DNA of 56,162 bases, filler included, from Sphacelaria rigidula (taxonomy: Eukaryota): assembly GCA_964200075.2 (NCBI GenBank). It is 3 parts of 3 records of this genome, joined end to end, with 100 filler letters (N's around TTAATTAATTAA, not from the genome) between each part and the next. Parts side by side here need not be neighbours in the genome. Positions count along the whole stretch, not along the records: positions 1 to 18,658 come from CAXNAA020000817.1; positions 18,759 to 37,412 come from CAXNAA020000818.1; 1 more part is not named here. One strand, written 5' to 3'. The notes under the pieces are model-generated. The model was not told the DNA's origin. It worked only from the letters and a program-made list of their open reading frames with translations, and searched no databases. A program made the position numbers and the translations under genes. Of this stretch, positions 11,801 through 23,553 are shown piece by piece; within the stretch, counting starts at the first letter, position 1, and every line of letters begins with the position of its first letter.

Positions 11801-14800
11801 TATGCATATCCCCTCCCGAAAGTAGGGCGCAGTTTAATTTTTCCGTTCACTCATCACAGTATTCATGAATTCTCTTGTTGTGTTGAGCGTACAGGTGGCG
11901 GACTTTCTGGTTTCTGACACGTATCTCGAAGTCGCTTTGGAATCCACCAGGAATCTTCTCGTAGAGATGCAGGTGAGCCACTCAAACCAGAATTGCTCAC
12001 AAATCCCGGTGTGGCAGAAGTAACATGGCGTAAAGTGGGCAGCGATAGATACGAAGTATTCGAGGACGCTGGAACGCGACGTCTTTCACAGTAGCGTTTG
12101 GGCATGGGGCACTGCATGTGATGGTGTGATGAATTTCGTTTCGTCGACATTCATACTCACGACCGCGTTACTCCACCATCGCAATTTACAGCGATCGCTT
12201 TGCTCATGAGTACCTCATTCGAATTCGTTCGTGGGCGCGTTTCTGTTTGTACTGTACGCACATTTTAGCGTGCTGCGGACTCAGTATCGGAGAGTGAGGT
12301 GCGCCAGCTGCAGGCTTTCAAAAATGACTGCGACGAAGGCGTGCAAGGCCACCACGTGAGTGCCGTCCGACGGTCACGGTAGCAAGAAACGTGTGGCGTT
12401 GAACGTACCGCGACCTTTGACGGTGGCGCAACGGCCGAAAACTCCCGGCTTGCTGCGCTACGACTCTGGGAGTAAGGTTTTCCCAACACGACCTTGATAG
12501 TGCCGTTGGTATCACATGCACCACCATGCTGAGGTCGTATCTCAACGTGCGGGAAAGCGTGCGTACTCAGACTCTTCATCCTGCGGTTCTTGCGCTTGTC
12601 TTGTCGTGAAACCAACCTTTTTCGAGGAGTGCAGAGTAAGGTGCCCCGAAACACCGACGAGGCGAAGAGAATGCGACTGCCTCTCTTCGAGGTTGAATTT
12701 CGGTACGATGAGCGCATCGAAGAGCTGGCGACCTTGTCCGAGAACGTGGTGGTGGATCCGTTAGAATTTCTGGCTGTCAGCCCACCGGAGAATGAGTTCC
12801 ACACCCGTCTGGAGGTGAGCGTGTGTATCGGCTAAGTGAAACATCTCACACTTTTTCACCACCCACATATTTTCATTATTTTCTGTGCCCTCCTGGTCGT
12901 TTAGGTGGTGATGCGAGTGCTTGTGTGATACCCTTGGCACCAGGTTATGCTTTTCGACGGTCTCACCGTCGTGGCCAACCCTCGTCGGCTGCTACGTGAA
13001 CCGAGCTTCAGAGCTTTCGTGGCTCCCATTATTGATGGACGAGGCGCTTTCGGCGAGGGGCTGGACCTGGAGGCGGTAATTATGGAGGTGGGTCACCTGT
13101 GCCTGCCCAAAAACTTGTCGTACTACCCCCACCACCAGCACTACTACTACTATCATCGTCTCAGTGTTCATACTTTCGACAGCTTGACTGGGGGTCGCGG
13201 GATAGTTTGCAAACAGCTCCACTTAAATGCGTCAGCCTCCTAGTCGAAACCAGAGTTGTTCCAAGAAGCTTGAACACACGACACGGGGGTGCTTGGAGAC
13301 AGCTACAACGTTCCCAAAATGGACACCATAGCCGCGGTCTTGTTACTCTCACTACTCTTTGCGCAGGACTACAGTTTCCAGGATATGCTAGACAGCATTC
13401 ATCGCATTATCTCCGAAGCGTTCCGCCGGACGGAAGTGTACGCCAGATCTTTCGATAATCTCACTCAATCGTACGTGGACAACGCCACGTTTGCGAACGT
13501 TGTTTCGGTCAGGTGAGAAGCAACGTTATCATTTACTCTTCATTGCTGCGCGTTGTCATGAATCCTGTTATATAGGTGTTACTGCACCGGCATTCGAACA
13601 TGCACATCAACGCACGAAGCGACTCGCTGGCATAGGTAAAAGCAGAACTCAAACAGGGTTACCTTTGTTGTCAGAGCTGGTAACAAGGCCACGAGCAATG
13701 TGGGATTGCCGATATCTGAATCAACATTTCGTGGACACTTGCTCAAAGGCGTGCTACAGGTTAAGTGCACCATATCGGACCTCCAGCGGACTCATACATC
13801 ATGGTAACTTGAAGGAGCAGCGGAGGGTTGTGCTTTCTTCGATTGAGGCAACACCATAAACCCTTGAAAGTGGCGGTCGTAATATCTTCTGTCTCATGCA
13901 CACGCTGTCCACACCGTCGATACAGCTACTACGCCGACGCACAGGTGGAACAATTAAAGGCTCTGCTGTTTAACTACGACGAGCAAACTACACGATTCCA
14001 GAAGATCAAGATAGGGCAGAAAGTAGGCCTTGTCCACGTCGGAAGCGGGGAGCTAGAGGGGAAGCTGCGCCCTAGCCCCCAGAGGTGATAATTCGTCAAC
14101 CCTGCGCTGCTATCTGTCATGCATATACTTATTCTGTTCTTGAGAAGGTAGTCCGTTCCGCGACACTCAATGGAGCGGCGTTTGCCACGTGTCACTGCAA
14201 CTGTATCCAAACCTTACTGAAAAGGCAGAAATTGTGGCTGTGGCTGAGCAAGGGATGCATGTTCCACGCGTGTGACAGATGTTTGCAAATCGTGCACCGA
14301 GTGGTGCCGGAGCTGTACAAGACGAACCATGGTGTTCTACTGGGCGAGCTTAGCAAAGCTCTTGATGCCATGAGCAAAAAGTCCAGATGCGTCGAGGACT
14401 TCGCTCACCTTACTTTACAATACAGGTATAAGTCCGCGCTATATCATGTACAGTACACCGTTCTCGTTCTACACGGCTTGAATGCTCGCAGAGGCGCGGT
14501 ATATGAGTGATTGCTTAAAAAAAACACAAAGTATGCAGCTTACCCCCGACTTACCGTCTCGCATCCGCGACATTTGTTTGAAATCGATAACATGAGATCA
14601 AAGGTGAGCATGCCATCGGAATAGAGTGCAAAGTTACCCAACCATCCATTGCCGGGTAGGCCATTCGCGCCGTGCAAGACTTCTGAAATTCGGTCCGCGT
14701 AATCATCGACAGCTTCATGCATGGCACTAGTAGTGTAGATCTGCCCGAGACTAGGGCAACGATATATCTCATTCTTCCACACCCCTCATCGGAGAATAGC

Positions 14801-17800
14801 CCACCAGTAGTGCTAACGACGCTCGTGTGCTTGAAGACAGGGGGGTGAAAGACAGAGCAAGCGAAATGCAGGAGAGATACGTGTTCTTGGCTTCTCTGTA
14901 CGAGGTTATGGAGGGAAACGGTGTGGCCATCAGTGATGACACACGCACAGCAGCGACTATGATTTTCAAGGTACGACATCAAGAAGGTAAAGAGAAGATG
15001 AAGAGAAGATAGCAGAGGTTGTCGTGTTGACTCTACGAAAACGTTTCATGCACTTTCTCGCCACTAGCCCTGAGGGAGGGAGTGAGCACATTTCGCTATT
15101 TAGGTGAAGGATCAGTGGCGTCGCTCGTCCTGACGAAACACATCCGATTCAAGAGATCTCCGCTCCGAGCCGAATGTATGCATGCTGGTGCTGCAACTGT
15201 AGGTTCGGAAGCAGCTGCATGCTCAGATAGAGATGGTCGAGAGCGTATACGACCAAGAACACCAGAAATTCAGCGCGGAACTAGCCAAGCAGGCTTCAAG
15301 TCTGACGCCACGTATTCAGGTATGTTGATGTCGATGCTTTGAGATGTGTTGATCATACATTCATGTGAGGCCACCCGTGAGATCGGCAACGTAACGCATA
15401 GTGAGAGCTGAAACAGAACCTTGGCTACGACACAGAGAGTAGACAATGGTAGTGCATCGCAGTGCCAACGGTGCGAGAAATAGAGCCAGATCCCAGGAAG
15501 GTCATGTATTTATTCGATGTTCGTGTGATTTACCGTACTGAGGGGACCAAACTCACGACATAAGCAGTATGCGAATAGTTCTAAAAACTAGCACGCCTTC
15601 GCTCGTTCTTTCCCCAGGAGTTGAGGATGGATCTTGGACATGGTATGATTCAAAACCCTGCCTCGGATGTTCTAGAGGTGGTGGAATACCTTGAGGCATG
15701 CGAGAACACACTGGCAAGCCTGTACTCGCTGGCGGATTGTCTCATCAGCTGGCAGGTGAGAAGATCAAGGCAATGCTGCTTGACCCGCCAGCCCGCCCGA
15801 TACGTGATGTGAACTGTTGCGCTGGACCCGCAGAGATACAAAGTGGCAACGGTCAAGGACCACTATGGTCTGCTTCGCGCTAGAACGACTGCTTCGAGTG
15901 TCATACAAGAACTCTAGCGGAAACGTTACATTGTCGTGTACAACTGAAGTGCCGGTGAAGAGTAACTATCAAATAGTGATGACGAGCGACATTGAGTGTA
16001 GTCGTGTCAACCTTCGTCTATATCACATAATACAAGGATATCAAATTGTATTAACTCGTGCTGTGCACGTGCCGAAACTCATCTTAGCTCATGTTCTCTA
16101 TTCCGGGAAACGTTTGGCTGAAAATCTCTTGGTCCGCTCAGCTGATATGTGGTGCTCCGACGTTTGGATTGATTGGCGAACTATGTGGGTGCTCCTTAGA
16201 CTATCCTGAAGACGGGCTCATTCGACCGAGACGAGCTGGAAGAAATCGAGGTGGAGACAAGCAGGAAAACGCGACTATGGCGGAGCATTCAGACATTTGA
16301 AGAACATATGGAAACGTGGGAACGCACTCCGTTCCAAGATCTCGACATTGCAGCGATGGAGACGGAAGTCGGCAGGTACGCACGAAATATCGTGAAAGAT
16401 CGATGCGTGCATAACGTTTTGCCAGGAACGTTTTCTTAAGTTGCCGAACTAGCGTGCAAGACTCAAACACTGCACCTGCCCACTCCCTTTTGTCGCTATC
16501 TCTGAACACTGTCGCGCATGAGCATCCTCTTGACGGAACGCGTCGCATGCACGCGCTCTTTCAGGAACGACGAACGTGCAGTTGAAGAGCGCAGAACATG
16601 ACCTTGCAAATGCAATCCGACGCAAATAGTTTTTATCCCTCGTGCATGTTTCCGATTATTCGCTGGTGCCTTCCAACAGGTTCTGGAGGGTTGTCCAGTT
16701 ATCAGAAAAACAGCTGCCGGCGAATCCTGCGGTTGGACGTCTCAAGAACATGGTTGGAAAGGTCAAGCACACGGTTCCAGTGGTTGCGGATCTCCGCAGT
16801 GACACTTTGCAGCCCAGACATTGGGACTTACTCAACGGCGTGCTGGACGTTGACATTAGTGCGGGGGAAACCGTATCGTTCAAGCAAATGATGGAGGTAG
16901 GAACACCTTCTCTGCATGGCCAGCTTACGTATCCTGTTAACCCGCAACTGCTACATTAATATGCGTACGGACATGGTGCTGACATTTCGATGGAGCGCTA
17001 TTGAGAAACACCCCACCTGCATAATTGGCGACGCGGACAAACACCCCACCTTGTTTAGGAATCATGATGGTTTCCCAACGACAATTTACCAGCCAACACA
17101 TTAGTCTTCCCCGTGCTCAGTCAAATCTGAAGGATGTCGCCGATCAAGTGAGCTCGGTTGTGACGGAAGCGGAACAAGAGTCTATACTAACGCGAACGTT
17201 GCAGAAGGTGAGAGAAGCGCATTTCTTCTCAGAGTTCTAGCGTTCCAAAGACAGAGCGCACTTGAGCGTCGTGCGCCGTCCTATTCAACATCCCAATAGT
17301 TGTGTTTGTTACCAACAATTTAAAATCTCACTTTGGAGGGGTCTCATGTCAGCCGTACAATGCTGAATCGTAATACTGTACTGTTTCCCTCCTGTACGTA
17401 CTGAGGGTGGTCCTGTTGTAGAATGAGTTTCAGTGCGTACACCATCACACAACGTACCGGCTTTGCATCATAATCTGTATCGGGTGACCGGGTGCTGTGG
17501 TTCCATAATATATACATCCCTATATTTACGATCTCCTTCGAACTTTCGTGCATCAAACCGTGGGTCCACAAACGCCAATCTCCATGAACTCGGTGTTCAC
17601 TTGTTCGAGGGGTACTTACCTGACAACTGACGATTTCAACACCGTGGGGACAAATGCATGCACGCAGGTGCAAGAGTCATGGAGCGAGGCGACCTTCCAG
17701 CTGAAGCCGCACAAAGATAAAAAAGATGTGTTAGTGCTTTGTGGCGTCAACGACCTAACCGGTCGGGTCGACGACTCAGTGGTAGCGTTGGCCAATGTTG

Positions 17801-18306
17801 TGGCGTCACCGTACGTGGGTCCGATTCGCTCAGAGGCGGAGAAGTTCGCGGGAAAACTGCAAACGTTGCAGGTATGCACACGCAAATGCTACGTACCATT
17901 GTGCAGGAAGGAACGGTTTGTGCGGCGTTAGAGTGACCGCACATGTATGTTCCTGGTACCGGGAACAACAGTGGTCATGCTGAGGATGATGCAAGTTGAG
18001 TGGCGTCTACATGCCTAGCACTAGAGGAACTTATAAGGCCTGTCCATATGCACGTGTCATTTACGAGGGCGATCAAAACTTCGAGAAGAACCATATTCTA
18101 TTTTTGTCATACTGCTGAGCTTCGTGCCCTACTTCCCCGAGGCTAATACTGCACGCCATCGGCATTATGATGTGCCCCTGTGTGGTGCTGCCCCAGGCAA
18201 CACTGGAAGAGTGGCTGGTGTTCCAGCGTACCTGGGGGTACTTAGCGTCGATCTTCGCCGCACCTGACATACAGAAACAGATTCCGAGCGAGGCAAGGGC
18301 CTTCAG
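8826..18306 (+). CDS. Axonemal dynein heavy chain, DNAH6-like inner-arm type; partial multi-exon gene (N-terminal tail plus start of DHC_N2 linker), 21 exons
   Basis: Exons 8826-8882, 9850-10001, 10415-10572, 10766-10839, 10995-11147, 11301-11429, 11895-11972, 12269-12355, 12635-12814, 12944-13087, 13367-13512, 13926-14084, 14279-14425, 14841-14970, 15203-15319, 15618-15755, 16200-16375, 16680-16896, 17121-17207, 17668-17871, 18197-18306. All have AG/GT boundaries and compatible phases, giving 2843 nt of open frame. Dynein linker motifs: LRSDTLQPRHW, ASPYVGPIR, TLEEWLVFQRTWGYLASIFAAPDIQKQIPSEA. DNAH6-type tail motifs (recalled, not searched): NPYKLTIV..FYTLS..EF..FERQY, FFRQYRQWKSF, SFTERAAMRTQCRKL. 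Confidence 0.9.
9850..10001 (+). CDS. Dynein heavy chain exon
   Basis: ttttttag|GCG...AT|gtgagc; ADADNPYKLTIVDSVESCSDKFYTLSMNGLVFSTKGRTEFITVDLFERQY. Confidence 0.85.
10415..10572 (+). CDS. Dynein heavy chain exon
   Basis: ccag|G...G|gttagt; QYHRIAVLPFFRQYRQWKSFSEWKGFLRMRKWAKCRAVLEEDLFTLHPWLRI. Confidence 0.85.
10766..10839 (+). CDS. Dynein heavy chain exon
   Basis: gcag|GA...CAG|gtgacg; MRRLKELCHELSKRRVFKMDSATQ. Confidence 0.8.
10995..11147 (+). CDS. Dynein heavy chain exon
   Basis: ccag|ACT...AAG|gtggga; TLESFCDAQAAQRSGLDVELQQFSTAVHETVMKSCEDTLYNFLSSAGFNIK. Confidence 0.8.
11301..11429 (+). CDS. Dynein heavy chain exon
   Basis: tcag|GCA...CAG|gtaggt; ASTPEEARALLMKTVEEVNPSEISFTERAAMRTQCRKLAKFMQ. 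Confidence 0.85.
11895..11972 (+). CDS. Dynein heavy chain exon
   Basis: acag|GTG...CAG|gtgagc; VADFLVSDTYLEVALESTRNLLVEMQ. Confidence 0.85.
12269..12355 (+). CDS. Dynein heavy chain exon (poorly conserved region)
   Basis: ttttag|CGT...CAC|gtgagt; RAADSVSESEVRQLQAFKNDCDEGVQGHH, phase 0-0. Confidence 0.55.
12635..12814 (+). CDS. Dynein heavy chain exon
   Basis: gcag|AGT...GAG|gtgagc; SKVPRNTDEAKRMRLPLFEVEFRYDERIEELATLSENVVVDPLEFLAVSPPENEFHTRLE. Confidence 0.75.
12944..13087 (+). CDS. Dynein heavy chain exon
   Basis: ccag|GTT...GAG|gtgggt; VMLFDGLTVVANPRRLLREPSFRAFVAPIIDGRGAFGEGLDLEAVIME. Confidence 0.85.
13367..13512 (+). CDS. Dynein heavy chain exon
   Basis: gcag|GAC...AG|gtgaga; DYSFQDMLDSIHRIISEAFRRTEVYARSFDNLTQSYVDNATFANVVSV. 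Confidence 0.85.
13926..14084 (+). CDS. Dynein heavy chain exon
   Basis: acag|C...AG|gtgata; YYADAQVEQLKALLFNYDEQTTRFQKIKIGQKVGLVHVGSGELEGKLRPSPQ. Confidence 0.85.
14279..14425 (+). CDS. Dynein heavy chain exon
   Basis: acag|A...AG|gtataa; CLQIVHRVVPELYKTNHGVLLGELSKALDAMSKKSRCVEDFAHLTLQY. Confidence 0.85.
14841..14970 (+). CDS. Dynein heavy chain exon
   Basis: acag|G...AAG|gtacga; GVKDRASEMQERYVFLASLYEVMEGNGVAISDDTRTAATMIFK. Confidence 0.85.
15203..15319 (+). CDS. Dynein heavy chain exon
   Basis: gtag|GTT...CAG|gtatgt; VRKQLHAQIEMVESVYDQEHQKFSAELAKQASSLTPRIQ. Confidence 0.85.
15618..15755 (+). CDS. Dynein heavy chain exon
   Basis: ccccag|GAG...CAG|gtgaga; ELRMDLGHGMIQNPASDVLEVVEYLEACENTLASLYSLADCLISWQ. 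Confidence 0.85.
16200..16375 (+). CDS. Dynein heavy chain exon (start of DHC_N2)
   Basis: cttag|ACT...AG|gtacgc; TILKTGSFDRDELEEIEVETSRKTRLWRSIQTFEEHMETWERTPFQDLDIAAMETEVG. Confidence 0.9.
16680..16896 (+). CDS. Dynein heavy chain exon (DHC_N2)
   Basis: acag|G...GAG|gtagga; FWRVVQLSEKQLPANPAVGRLKNMVGKVKHTVPVVADLRSDTLQPRHWDLLNGVLDVDISAGETVSFKQMME. Confidence 0.92.
17121..17207 (+). CDS. Dynein heavy chain exon (DHC_N2)
   Basis: ctcag|TCA...AAG|gtgaga; SNLKDVADQVSSVVTEAEQESILTRTLQK. Confidence 0.9.
17668..17871 (+). CDS. Dynein heavy chain exon (DHC_N2)
   Basis: gcag|GTG...CAG|gtatgc; VQESWSEATFQLKPHKDKKDVLVLCGVNDLTGRVDDSVVALANVVASPYVGPIRSEAEKFAGKLQTLQ. Confidence 0.92.
18197..18306 (+). 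CDS. Dynein heavy chain exon (DHC_N2), last one visible
   Basis: ccccag|GCA...AG|gtgggg; ATLEEWLVFQRTWGYLASIFAAPDIQKQIPSEARAF. Confidence 0.92.
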
Positions 18307-18658
18307 GTGGGGAGTTGCTCTTCTTTCCTACCGTTCCATCCCGGGCGCTGGTACATTGTTGCTACGTTCTCGATATTTAACACTGTTTGTGCGATCTCGG
18401 CCTTCTCTTCGTTGTCGACTGTAATATGTTATTCTCACAGGAACGTTGAAAATACGCCGAACTCTTCCAAGGGTCGGACAAATAATGATTCGTCTGGAAA
18501 TTACTTGGTTTTAGTATAACTGATTCGACTCGTACGAATCAATCCCCAGGCTTTGTTTTCGGCGTTGAAACCCGGGTACACGCAGCCCAGACACGTGGAA
18601 TGACGCAAACGTTGCGTGGATACCCCCTTGGACCAGCGGTCAACCTTTTTCTCCCTTT

Positions 18659-18758
18659 NNNNNNNNNNNNNNNNNNNNNNNNNNNNNNNNNNNNNNNNNN
18701 NNTTAATTAATTAANNNNNNNNNNNNNNNNNNNNNNNNNNNNNNNNNNNNNNNNNNNN
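18659..18758. other. Artificial scaffold gap: N44-TTAATTAATTAA-N44 six-frame-stop spacer
   Basis: Exactly 100 nt and identical to the spacer at 37413-37512. Confidence 0.97.
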
Positions 18759-21700
18759 CGCTAGAAGGAAATAAGCACCCAACACGTCTAAAGCGCATCT
18801 GACCTCTTGCTTCTGCAACACCGTAAAAAACGTATGCACCGCATGCGTCCCCGCTGTCAAAGCTTCAATGCTTCAACTTGCCATCATTCCATTCAGACAA
18901 TCAAAGGAAAGCCATGACTCAAACCGCTATTCAAGTCATGTACACTAATCCAACGACGGCGAGCGGACCTCGACCTCCGCCATCATTGATCACCCGTAGT
19001 GATATCATTCGCAAACTCTTGTTTTCGAGCAAATCCCAGACATTTCTACATCTCGTGTAGATCTTGGACCGTCATATCCCGTCCGTGCATCAGCCAAAAT
19101 GTAGAAATAATTATTTCCTCGACACTCTTGCAGTCCACGTGCACCAGTTCTTTGAAGAAATGCACGTATCATCCACATGCTCCTTCTGACATGAACGAAA
19201 AACCAACCACGTGCTCGTTCAAACATGTAACAATCCATACAAAAACGTGCCACGGTCAAAGATCATTGATGCATACGCGGATAATGTCTTTATCTTCAAC
19301 CACCGGAAGCACTCGCGTCATACCTGCTCACATACGACGAGCCTACGTATTTCGTGTCTTTCAGCTCATGTTTACGCTAACAGCAAATGTCACCATCTTC
19401 TGCAGTCGGTACGAGCCTACGCATTTCGTAGTTTATTGCTCATTTTCACGCTAACAGCAGCAATCCATATATCCTGCAGTCAGTACTTGCAAACCGCACA
19501 AATGTGATTCGACTGTGTTCCTGCGCGAACAAGACTATACGAGCTTCTCTTCATTAGCATACAGCAGTATATTGAAAACTGCCCCACCCTAGGTCGTCAC
19601 CAAATACCATTCATATCAATACCATTCGAGTAGAAATTCGTACATGCCTGCGAAATTTCCACTCGGCATATGAAAGTCCGCAAAGGTATGCCGATATTTC
19701 ACTCAGCACATGCAATGTCACCTTCCTCGCAGCAAATATCATGCATTGTCCGTGCCAACTAGATCAGCACAACACACATATGCCAAATACCCACGTGTAC
19801 GCCAGAGTTTTACCCCGCACACGCGATACGATCATACTCGCTCAACAACCATGTTTCATGCGTGAACATGACCACATACCATACAACAACAAGTTGCAAT
19901 CATTCTCAAAACGATTCGCGTATACCAGTCATAATGTGTTTCCTCATTATTAACAATCTCTCAATCATCACAGCACTTGCTCCTCAACATCATCACCCAA
20001 CTTGGCGCTCACCACAACAGCAAACACCTCAGGTAATGCCTTCTTCGTCGTCTTCCAGCCCGCTCCTGAGAAATAGCAGCACTCGAACCACAACCCCGTG
20101 CACAGCGTGGAGCAGCCTTTCCTCTTGAACACTCCCTTCTTGCACCTTCAGTCTAGCTACACCTGGCACCCCCATGGTGTAGCTCAACACGCCTCTCAAA
20201 GGTAGATTCGCACCGCCAAACCAATGCGACATTTCATCTGCCTGCACGGATACTTGGGCAGTGCTGAACCCCTGTGCTTCAGTCAGTTTTACAGGCAAAA
20301 CCAGAGGCGAAACGGGAACAGCAACACAGTCCCGAACAGCAACAACTCCTAATGGCACACTATCCTGCTCAAACACCCCGCGGCAAAACAGTGGAGACAC
20401 CCCCGCATTCGCCGCCAAATACGCCAAAGCTGTCCATATAAACAGCAGTGCACACGACCACCCCAACACCACGCGACGCTCGTCGTCGCCGTCAGAATTG
20501 TGATCGCTAACAGCATCACGGGCTTGCAGCTTGCTCTGCGTACCCGCTTCAGGCGAGTCACACGCCCCTACTGTTTCGATCATACAAGGTGTGTCTACAG
20601 CTACGCGCTGCTCCGGCGGCATTTCCGTCAACCCGGCATCCACCTGTCCTTCAAGCAGACACCCCTGCGAATCATTTGAAGGATCTCCCGCCATGTCACT
20701 GGCGCAGATAGATTCACCATGAGCACGGCAAGCCCCTAGCTCACCCCGCTGGCTCGCGATACGCGAATAACACCCCCCTGCAGCTTCGAGCATACAAGGA
20801 GTATCTCCAGCTACGCGCTGGTCCGACGGCAACAAGCAGCTGGGACCTCCGCCCACCAGTACTTGCTCATTGGCCCATATAGGCCCCGCCCTCTCAACAT
20901 CGCCAGCAGCAGCAGCAGTATCACCCATACTCGCTGCGGCCGCCACCTTCTGTCCGGCTTGCTCCTCGACGGCAATAGCGGAAACGTCTCTAGCCCTCTC
21001 GTGCCTGCGCACTCGGACAGGCCTATATCTTGTGTCGCCTTCTTGCCCGTCAAAATGTCGTGCCTGTCTCCACCGCCGCTGACCTTCACACTATCTTGCA
21101 CCACACTCGGCGATGCATAAGATGCATGCCTGCGCAGCGCAAAGAACAATTTCTCTTGCCGAACATCATTCGCACCATCCAAAAATGTGCCACCTAGACA
21201 GTCCTCGATATGTGCGGACATGAGGTCAGAGACCGCTGGCTCCTCAACAACGTGCCAGCGTGCTTGACGCTCGTTCGTTGCGTGCACCTCACGAAGGTAG
21301 TCCTCATACTGCCGCAGAAACTGAGCAGATTTTTCACTTGAGAACTTGCGACCGTAGTAGGGCATATCCAGAAATCCTACACGGACAGCGCGACCATTGA
21401 TGACAACATATTGTTGCGGCGCACGAACAACATGGCCTTCCACCGCGACATACTCCTGCACCTCGAACATTTCGGTCAGCAGCACAGCACTCCACACCGC
21501 CTTTCTTGAAAAACGAAGTCGCCTCCCACTCACAGGAACAACATTTCTCTCCTCGCCAAGACGCGCTGTACCACCTTACAACAACAATGGCCACAGCGCC
21601 TCTTCCTCACGCAGGTAGGTCTCACCTCGTGTTTGAAGTCCCTAGACTCCTCTTCCTGGCCGTACCTGGCCAAGCGTGGAACACGCGACCCTCGCTGGCT

Positions 21701-22245
21701 CCACTAGGCAGTACGGTAATGGCGCCGCTTTTTCTGGAACGCGGACGGGCTCGCCAGCTGTCGGTCAACCCCCCGCACCTCTCGCACGAGCGATACCACA
21801 GCTCACCCTAGCACTGCCTCAGAACTTCCTCGACTCTACTTCTCCAACTAACTCCTCGCGACGTCAACACGCCTTGAGCTGGTCTTGTTTGTTGCAAACT
21901 GATCAGGCCTGCAGACTTCCCTATCTTGAAGTGTCACCTGCTTTTCAGCGGATCTACCGCCATCAGCGGACCTCATGAACGTTCATTTTAGACTTCTGTC
22001 ACTCAAGATCAGATCGCCATGTGAACTCCTCCCATCACGTGCACATGGGCTTCAGTAGCTTTAGTTTTTCACATATCAACCCTCAGCATAGTACAGGAGA
22101 ACAGGATCATAGCCTCTCTCCACCAGAGTAGCAAAACCAAGGGTTACTCGTCATGGAGGTCACCATCACAGAGTCCGGCAATCAGGCCCGCAACTCCGCC
22201 TACAAATGTGCCAAACCTTAGGTAACATTGATGGCTCTACAGACA
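18759..22245 (-). mobile_element. Non-autonomous LTR element (LTR-A, gag N-domain, 3' internal region), truncated by the gap
   Basis: LTR-A at 21932-22245. ORF 20811-21533 (PYYGRKFSSEKSAQFLRQYEDY..LFFALRRHA) aligns by eye to gag at 22615-22881. Region 18759-21000 is an inverted homologue of about 23950-25980. Confidence 0.8.
21932..22245 (-). repeat. LTR family A, copy 1
   Basis: TGTC...GACA termini. Homologous to 32498-32850, 34399-34660 and about 36425-36517. Confidence 0.8.
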
Positions 22246-22262
22246 GGAGGCTGTTGAAAAGA

Positions 22263-22539
22263 TGTTTGGACTCTGGGCAACATTGTTACCTTGATTCGGT
22301 ACATGACTGCAGTAAAGAGAATGCATAGCAGGCGTTTATAGTCTGGTTAATAGTTAACGGGTCTGAGAGTATGATGGGTGGACTCCGTGATGTATGATGT
22401 TTGCACACGAGGTGCAACGTTACTTCTGGTTAACGAAGAGTGTCGTTTGTATTACTGCTTGAAGTATTCAAGTCTCTGGAGCCCGTGACAGGGAGGAAGC
22501 CTCTGCAGCAGCACTGTAACCTTGTTCTGATTTCAGGCA
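22263..22539 (+). repeat. LTR family B, copy 1
   Basis: TG...CA termini, immediately upstream of gag. Homologous to 26260-26541 and about 34772-35043. Confidence 0.8.
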
Positions 22540-22614
22540 GGTTCATAGTTAGCAGAGCGAAGGGAAGGGGGCACCAGCGAGACGGTTGATGAGGCGAAGT
22601 TTGCAGTATCCGAA

Positions 22615-23452
22615 TTGGCATTGGGTGGATCCTTGAAAGTGTCCGAATATGGGCGAGTATTCAGTGAACAAGCCTCCAGACGCTTTTGTCAAAGGTATCG
22701 AGAATATGAGGACGCAGTGGGAAAAAGTAACAAAGGCCGGTCGGTCAAGTGCGTACTCTTGACCATGCAAGAGTTGGTGCGAAAGCACATCCAGAGCTGC
22801 GTGTCTGACATCATCTTTGACGGGTTGCCACTCGACGAAGACGAGTTGCAGCAAGGGATTGCACGCCACGCGAAGTGCTAGATCGACATGAAAATTGATC
22901 ATTTCGAAGTTGCAGCAGGCGTGAAAAAAACCCTTGCCGCACGGTCTGAACCAACTGTAATGGGTCGAGTAGAAGTGCAATAGAGTTAGTTCATTACAGG
23001 AGTACTTTGCGAAAAATGCAGGTGCGGAGTGTGTTTTCCTTGAATCTGACCGTACGTTCAAGGCTGGTCCAGCACACATTATTTCCAGAGCTATGGTCGC
23101 CGGCCTGACCCCACCTGAGTTCAAGAATGAAGTTCAAAATATACTCTACATGAAAAAGGACTGGAAAGAGAGCCCAACAGTGGTTCATGAGGTAGATCAT
23201 GACTTGGCGGGAAAATGGAAGGCTGTTGAGGAGGTTGACAAACACCGCCCCCAGCAACCGCAGCAACATAGGGGAAAAAGCGGCTCACAAGGCTCGAAAA
23301 AACTGACATCAAATACCGGCGCAGCGGCTGCAGTCGCCGCAGCGTGTAATGGCAGTAAGAGCTCGAATAAGCCCCACAAACCTGATCCGAGCTGTGCAGG
23401 TTGTTTCGAGTGTGGCGATAAGGGCCACTACAAGAAGGACTGTAACAAATAG
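22615..23452 (+). pseudogene. gag: Retrotransposon gag, disrupted, with CCHC zinc knuckle
   Basis: CFECGDKGHYKKDC (Cx2Cx4Hx4C) at about 23402-23443. In-frame stops and frameshifts lie between 22881 and 23093. Confidence 0.85.
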
Positions 23453-23499
23453 AGCAGACCTGCGGCGGCGGTGAATGCGTCAGGTGGGCAAGCAAAGTG

Positions 23500-23500
<1 letters not shown>

Positions 23501-23540
<40 letters not shown>

Positions 23541-23553
23541 AGCAGCAGCAGCA
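23501..23553 (+). repeat. (CCG)n(CAG)n microsatellite downstream of the gag knuckle
   Basis: Directly visible. Confidence 0.9.

Noticed and set aside
18703..18714. TTAATTAATTAA palindrome inside N-runs (also 37457-37468) as a biological motif
   Set aside because: It is an identical, symmetric 100-nt construct at both gaps: an artificial six-frame stop linker.
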